A DNA stretch of 64,000 nt from contig QPMI01000413.1 of the NCBI GenBank assembly GCA_004431415.1, forward strand, positions 14,934 through 78,933, in the 5' to 3' direction. Source of the stretch: Cyanophora paradoxa CCMP329 (taxonomy: Eukaryota; Plantae; Glaucophyta). The notes under the pieces are model-generated. The model was not told the origin of the DNA. It searched no databases and worked only from the letters and a program-made list of their open reading frames with translations. Below, piece by piece: positions 58,101-64,000 of the stretch; position 1 is the stretch's first letter; each line of letters starts with the position of its first letter. A program made the position numbers and the translations under genes.

Positions 58101-59443
58101 GAAAGTCGACACTCGGTATTAACTGTTTCGCATCTCAAAAGTCGAATTGCTTAGTCATTTGCCCCTATAACAAACAGTGCGCAGAGCTAAGGGACTCTCT
58201 CAAAGTCCGCGGAATCGAGAATATTACCGTTCGCACTTTGTATAATGTTCTCGGGATCCGTGTCTCAAATGATCAGACCTACGAAGAGGCTATGAGCGAA
58301 AAAGACCAGAGGGCGTTTGTCTCCGAGTTCAGCCACATTATGTTCGACGAGATATTCGCGTATTCTGTAAAAGATCTCGCTAAGATCAAGTCGTTTATCG
58401 ATCGCTATCCGGATATCAAATATTTGGCTAATGGCGATACCTATCAGAACGAACCGATTAATGATGAGCTATCGGTTTCTGATCGCAAGGGCTACTATAA
58501 GCGCGCTGTGCAGAGCATGTTCCCTAACGTCCTGAGTCTACGCATTAACAAGCGGCACAAGAAGGAGACAGACCGTGAATTAATTCGGGCGATTAAAGAG
58601 GATCTCTTCGAAAACGGACTCGAAGCCGCACAGATTATCTCGAAATACGGCTTACCGACAATTAATGATCTTAACGCTATTCCCGACGGCTACTTTGGCA
58701 TCGCTTACAGAAACGAAATGACCTTAGCCTATAACAAACTGATGCACGATAGACGAAAAGTAAATATTGCAACCGTAGAGGTCAACGGAATCAAATTCTA
58801 CAAGGGTCTGGAAGTCGTTTGTCGCAGGTATCTACGCATTTCGCGGTCTGAGGGTGAGTCAATTAACGCATACACAAATTACACCTATCGGATCACCAAA
58901 ATCACCAAGCAAATGGTCACATTAACTGACGTCTTCGATGGCGTCACGTTCGAGGTTCCGTGCGCGATGTTAGAACATTTTTCTCTCCCTTATGCAGGAA
59001 CAGGTCATTCGACACAAGGTCTCACACTTGATTCGGGCATTGTCATTTGTGAGGCTACGTTCCGCTATACCACTCGCGAATGGTTCTATACCGCGCTCAC
59101 TCGTAACCGCGATCTGTCTACGGTGCTGATTTATACACCTATTCACAAGTTCCAAGGAAAGAGCGACTACATCGAATATCTGAAAACGAAGATCCGCGGA
59201 TATAAATGCCAGGATCAGCGTGCCGGGCGCGATTTCGACGAGGCGGATTATATTACGCCGGAGTGGATATTAGAGCGCAAGAAGCAACAGAAGGGCGCCT
59301 GTGCGCTCTGTTCCCTTCCGATTCCGATTGAGCCGCAAGATCCGAATTACAGGCTCGTCGTGGATCGCATCAATAATAAGCGCCCACACCTTAAAGACAA
59401 TTGTCAACTCGCGCATCACGGGTGCAATTGCAGCAAAAAATAA
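55134..59443 (+). CDS. Replicase fusion: divergent family-B polymerase-like domain + SF1 helicase + C-terminal HNH-like nuclease (probable frameshift ~55298)
   Basis: PolB-like motifs AVDMAKCYPS, KKHILVKEIGMLGK and GIRTDCLY. Helicase motifs MPGSGKST, MFDEI, GDTYQN, TGHSTQGLT and YTALTR. C-terminal CALC...VDRINNKRPHLKDNCQLAHHGCN. An upstream ATG at 55134 follows the conserved promoter motif. Confidence 0.78.
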
Positions 59444-59462
59444 ACAGGTTTAATTAGAAGAA

Positions 59463-60843
59463 ATGTCACGGATCGTCAGAAGGGTAGCGGGCGAGGAGAC
59501 GGAGACTACCATACTACCTATCGCGGTTCCTGAGACTGAGCAAGTCCCCCAAAAAATTACAAAACGCCAAGCAAAATCAAATTTATTAGGAGATGTTCCT
59601 TTTAGCATTGCGAACCCGTCCTCTAAGATCGTGCGACGCATGTATGACCCGAAGACAGGTTTTAAGAACCCATCCGCAATATACGAAGAACTGAGAAAAG
59701 AGGACAAGACCCTCACATTGAAAGAAGTGCAAGATGTCGCAGCGAAACAAGAATTTATGCAGATCAACAAGAAGCCCCCCGCACCGACCCAAACAGCTTT
59801 TATTCCCATCACAGCCCCGCCGTGGTGCTACCAAGCCGATCTCATCTTTTATCTCTCATATGGCAATTATAATTCCGGCTACATTGCAGTCCTTACTCTC
59901 ATTGAGATGACAAGCCGAAAAGCATATGCCAAGAAGTTAAAGAATAAGGAGGGCGCAAGTGTTGCCGCCGCTTTTGCGGAGATGCTCACAGAGCTCCCGG
60001 CTCCGATGATTCGATTGGAGACAGATAACGGTTCGGAATTCATCGCGAAGGAGTTTCAGGAGATCGTTAAAAGCAATGGAATAGAGCACCGCTTTAAACA
60101 GGTCGGAGATCACACTTCGCTGGGAATAATGAATCGCTTTCATTTGACCTTAAAAACGATGATAAACAATTACTGTGTCGCTTATAACACAGTGCGATTT
60201 ATGGACAAGCTGGACGACTTCGTTTTCAATTATAATAATACCATTCACAGAACCATAGGAATGAAACCCGCAGATGTTAAGCTTTCTGATATGGAGCGGA
60301 TCCGAGCGGCTATTATTTCAAGGAAGAACACAATCGTAAAGGATATATTCAGCGACTTTACGCCGGGTCTCCACGTCCGCGTATTATTGCCGAGATCAAA
60401 GTTCGATAAAGGGGCGACCCAAAGGTATAGCCGAGAGGTCTACAAATTGCGGGAAGGAGAGGAAACGCGATAGAGGTGCAAGATGCAGCGGGGAACATAA
60501 TGCCGAAGCTTTTTAAGCCGCACGAATTGCAAATCATTACAGAGGTCGAAGCTGTGGTGGAGCCATCAGGCAACGCTATTTTAGCGGCTGATGTAGAGGC
60601 AGCTTCTATCCGGCAGGTTCAAAAAGAAGGTATAGATGTCGCCGCAAGTGTTCCGAAAGGCGCATTATTGGAAGATCGCGCAGAAAGACAAAGAGGGCGC
60701 TGAGGGAGCTCGCCAAATTAACGATCGCGGGAACTGAGAAGCTCTCAGAGGTAAACAGTCAGAGGTGGTATAAATCATTCAAGAATCAGAGCGCAAGCTA
60801 CACAGCCCCTACTACGCGCATTCTTCGGTCTTCTCGTTCATAA
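59463..60843 (+). CDS. rve-type DDE integrase (frameshifts ~60446 and ~60690)
   Basis: YQADL, LIEMTSRKAY, ETDNGSEF, YNNTIHRTIGMKP and KFDKG...YSREVY. Adding one A restores YKI...FKPHELQ, typical of Polinton integrases. Confidence 0.88.
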
Positions 60844-60882
60844 CAAACCCCGAAATTATTTTCTCCGGTAAATATAAAAGAG

Positions 60883-61197
60883 ATGGAGGGTGAAAAGCAT
60901 TTCGTGGATATTCCGTATGATAAAAAAGACGTTGCGAAATCCCTCGGTGGAAAGTGGGATCGTGAGAATTCATGCTGGTATGTCACGAAGAAAGATCACC
61001 CCCTATGCTCTCAGTTCAAGACTTTAAGCTATGAGCAAGTGTATCAAAGAAACGTGAAGGTTTACCTCGATATTCCTTATGAATTTAAGGATCAAGCGAA
61101 GGCTGAGAAAGCCCGCTGGGATCCCGTTATGAAATCCTGGTATGTCATGGGTCTCGATCACCCGCTAATGGGCAAGTTTCCGATCAAGGAGCATTAA
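60883..61197 (+). CDS. Tandem DUF5710-like protein
   Basis: Two repeats: DIPYDKKDVAKSLGGKWD....WYV and DIPYEFKDQAKAEKARWD....WYV. Confidence 0.8.
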   Translation: MEGEKHFVDIPYDKKDVAKSLGGKWDRENSCWYVTKKDHPLCSQFKTLSYEQVYQRNVKVYLDIPYEFKDQAKAEKARWDPVMKSWYVMGLDHPLMGKFPIKEH

Positions 61198-61222
61198 ATA
61201 TATATGTCGTTTTTTTCATTTT

Positions 61223-61615
61223 TTATGAAATTGGGAACCTTTGCTCGACCTGTAAGTCCCACTTTCGCACTTTCAGCCTTTCCTGTATGAGATCGTTAAT
61301 GTCCTGTGCTATTACCCATCGTCTTTGCTTCGGCATTTGACCCGCATGTAAAGAATCGATCGCTAATAGCCCCTGGTCGCTATAAGAGTGAGCTGTGGCA
61401 TGCGACTCATCTAATAGAAAGCCAATCGCGAAACCGGGAGGGGAATTAGAGCCATCGAAAATGCATGTGTGCTGGTGCACGATGCGCATATTGCGATCTG
61501 TGATATATTGCGATAGGTTCGCTGTGATCCACTCGGCGCATGCCTCCGGGGACTCGGTGAACGGGTCGGTTATATAGTCGAGCATAACGTGGTAGCCGCG
61601 GTATCGGGAATCCAT
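61223..61615 (-). CDS. S-adenosylmethionine decarboxylase proenzyme (prokaryotic/SpeD-SpeH-like)
   Basis: GYHVMLD, PPGF...LLDESH (self-cleavage site) and HSY...LAID. The conserved FTCG lies in the neighbouring frame right after LAID (local double frameshift). Confidence 0.8.
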   Translation of the reverse strand: MDSRYRGYHVMLDYITDPFTESPEACAEWITANLSQYITDRNMRIVHQHTCIFDGSNSPPGFAIGFLLDESHATAHSYSDQGLLAIDSLHAGQMPKQRRWVIAQDINDLIQERLKVRKWDLQVEQRFPIS

Positions 61616-61646
61616 TATTAATTATTTAACAAATATTTTAATTACT

Positions 61647-62455
61647 CTATTTTTCACCAAGTTCATAGTTAGTCATTATGATGTGGTCCCTTTTTCGTTT
61701 TGTTATACCATACACTTTGCCATACGTATGGCGAATATAGGGTTTAAATAGTAGTTTCATTAAAAGAGCATCATTTACAACCATCATAACCTTGCATTTC
61801 GCTGTCTTAAATAGGTCTTCCCAAATCCAAAAAGAAGGTTTCTAATCGAATTCTACATTTTCGTAAAAGTCATTATTGCTGTTTACGTATGGAGGATCGA
61901 GAAATATAAAAGCCGCTTCATCATCTCTATATTTGGCTACAATATCGCGAAAATCCCCATGGGATAGGTTGACTTCTTTTATGAAAATCATCGTAAGGTA
62001 TCTTATTTTTAAGAGTTGTATATGGACTCACCTTTACGTTTTCGTTTTTTGAAATCACGGAGGGTTTTAACATTTAAAATGCTGTTTTTAAGAAGATAGA
62101 AATGGTGAGCTAAGTAATCCATTGCATCTTTACGATCATGTTGTAGAAACTCTTATAGACTTCTTTGTGCTCTTCTATATTGCTAACTGCTTCGAACTGT
62201 TTAAGACTCTCTAAGAGTTTAACTTTATTGTCTGGGTCTTTCATTGTATTCAAAAAAGGGTATGGGTTTCGTCGTTATCATTCATATAATAATCAAACCG
62301 GTCTTTATGCTTTTCCAAAGATAGAAACTACAAGCACCTGAACCACAAAACGGTTCTATAACTTTATTAATTCCTTCTAAATCGATATATGGATAGATCG
62401 TTTCCATTTCATTATACTTGTTGCCGGTATATTTATGGTAAAAGTGAGTCTTCAT
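61647..62455 (-). pseudogene. Dam-like (D12 class) DNA adenine methyltransferase, multiply frameshifted
   Basis: Minus-strand fragments KYTGNKYNE, VIEPFCGSGA, FIFLDPPY and HIIMTNY. Not in the ORF track because of the indels. Confidence 0.8.
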
Positions 62456-62505
62456 TTATTATAGGAAGAGAAAAACAATTTATATATGTATCTCGCATGT
62501 TGTTT

Positions 62506-63178
62506 GCATGTATCTTGCATAGTGGCGGGGCGCGAGTTTTATTTTAACGTGGTCTATCGTCGTACTTTGTCGTAAATATGCTAATCGTACATTTCGACTC
62601 GATTGAAGTACATTTCGATTCGTACATTTCGATTGAAGTACATTTCGATTCGTACATTTCGATTGAAGTACATTTCGATTCGTACATTTCGATTGAAGTA
62701 CATTTCGATTCGTACATTTCGATTGAAGTACATTTCGATTCGTACATTTCGATTGAAGTCGCGAGTGTGTGCAGGTGGGCATTTTTGGCAGCAACAAACT
62801 TGCGAACGCAATCGATCTCGTACTTATCATCGTACTCTCTCAGTGGGTTCACCTCGGTTTTCTTTTTGGATTACTGAAAACAGTCCGGCAACGATCGGGA
62901 ACATTTTCGTAATAATGGGGTCTTACTGTGCCTTACTGAGAGATCGGGGGACGGGATTATGGCTTACTGAGAATGGTAAGGGATCGGAGAGAAGATGAAA
63001 TGTAGATTTTCGTGATTGGTTTTCAGTAAGGAGGGGTTAGATGTTTGAAAAATACAGTGTGGCTCAGTGCGAATTACAAGCGATTTTATTAATTTGTGAC
63101 TGAGAATAAAGAATGTTTTTATACTTGCTCACTGAAATAGGTCGGCGGGAATTAGTGGGGTTCACCTGCAAGCGAGCC
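62506..63178 (-). repeat. Right terminal inverted repeat of element B
   Basis: Reverse-complement blocks of 39097-39682. Confidence 0.88.
62601..62759. repeat. 30 bp perfect tandem repeat (gattgaagtacatttcgattcgtacatttc) x5 plus partial
   Basis: Directly visible, no spacers. Confidence 0.95.
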
Positions 63179-64000
63179 GCGCGGAAGTGTGTGTGTATAT
63201 ATATATATATATACAGATCTAGATCTAGACGCGTATATATATATACGTGCGTATACGTATATACGCATACTAGTACGTAACCCGGGCCATAGCCTAGCCT
63301 ATAGCTATATAGCTAGTAAGCCTGCAGCTGCAGCTGGAAAGTCGGACCTGGATCTCGCGAAGGCGCGCCGTCCAGAAATCTTCGCTTTGCGGCTCGCCGC
63401 GGCCGGCCGCGGCGGCCGCTACAGCTAGCGCGTACGCGTCCGACAGCGCAGCTGCAGCCATATGCATGGTCCCGATCCGACGGTCGTCGCTGGAATTCTG
63501 TCAGCTGCAGGCTGGGCGCGAGCCGCCGCGGGCGCTGCGCATGCGCATGCGCTCGCGTACGTATACGTTAACGTTTGTGCCGTGCACGTGCTCAGAATCC
63601 GATGATCGCACGCAGGCTGACGCAGCTAGTCCATGCACTAGTACTGATCATGAGCCTGATGCAGGAGGCGCGCGTACCAGAATATTAATGGCGAGAAAGC
63701 TGAAAGCTTAAAGCTTAAAGCTTGCCAAGTTGAAGTTCCCGCTACGTACAGCCGCTGAGCAGCTGAGCTGAGCTGCAGCTACGTATACGTACGCGTCTAC
63801 CAGCTGCAGCTGCCAGGCTGCCAGGCTGCAGTAGCGTCGCGTAATAGCCTAGTAGCCTAGTAGGCCTGACCGCGCGGCGGCCGCGGCGCCGCGGCGCCCT
63901 GCCGCAGTGCAGCTGCTGCAGTGCGCAGCCGCAATTGCAAGTTGCCGCAAGTTGCGCACATGCCACGATGCCGCAGTGCGGATGCGCAGCCGCAATTGCA
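63179..64000. other. Host-like GC-rich low-complexity flank with (gt)n/(at)n microsatellite and many short palindromes
   Basis: Composition and agct/tgca/cgcg palindromes resemble the host regions at 13.7 and 25 kb. Confidence 0.6.

Larger units (their letters stand above)
39097..63178. mobile_element. Endogenous Polinton-like virus, element B (~24 kb, TIR-bounded)
   Basis: Ends ggctcgcttgcaggtagaccccaccaatt (39097) and aattagtggggttcacctgcaagcgagcc (63178) are near reverse complements. Encodes MCP, two pentons, ATPase, integrase and a PolB-like replicase. GC-rich host DNA resumes after 63180. Confidence 0.92.

Noticed and set aside
62601-62759. CRISPR-like array
   Set aside because: The 30 bp units are contiguous and identical with no unique spacers, and there are no cas genes.
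39097-63178. Classical Maverick/Polinton or Lavidaviridae virophage assignment
   Set aside because: No adenain-like cysteine protease was recognised, the polymerase is atypical and the MCP is ~440 aa. PLV is the better-supported label.

Overview
Eukaryotic (probably algal/protist) genomic DNA. Bases 1-28.7 kb are very GC-rich host sequence. They hold an intron-containing Helitron-like Rep/helicase split by about 7 kb of complex satellite, an RWP-RK transcription-factor gene, unresolved intron-rich genes and a tandemly duplicated ~1.8 kb minisatellite unit. From ~28,678 the composition switches abruptly to AT-rich, gene-dense, intronless DNA made of two related endogenous Polinton-like viruses (PLVs). 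Element A (28,678-39,096) carries two head-to-head minor capsid genes, a major capsid gene, a Zn-finger/PD-(D/E)xK endonuclease, an A32-like packaging ATPase, three small conserved genes and a TVpol/D5-type primase-helicase. The helicase gene is cut off by the left end of element B. Element B (39,097-63,178, ~24 kb, imperfect ~600 bp TIRs) repeats the same capsid/ATPase/small-gene module in the same order. It instead has a PolB-like + SF1 helicase + HNH fusion, an rve integrase, a fibre cassette (two C1q proteins, an HTH-repeat/lectin fibre, a large probably membrane-anchored protein), a patatin-discoidin fusion, an AdoMet decarboxylase and a Dam-type methylase. Many viral genes are broken by single-base losses in homopolymer runs, which may be long-read errors. 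All family assignments come from motif recognition by eye, not from database searches.
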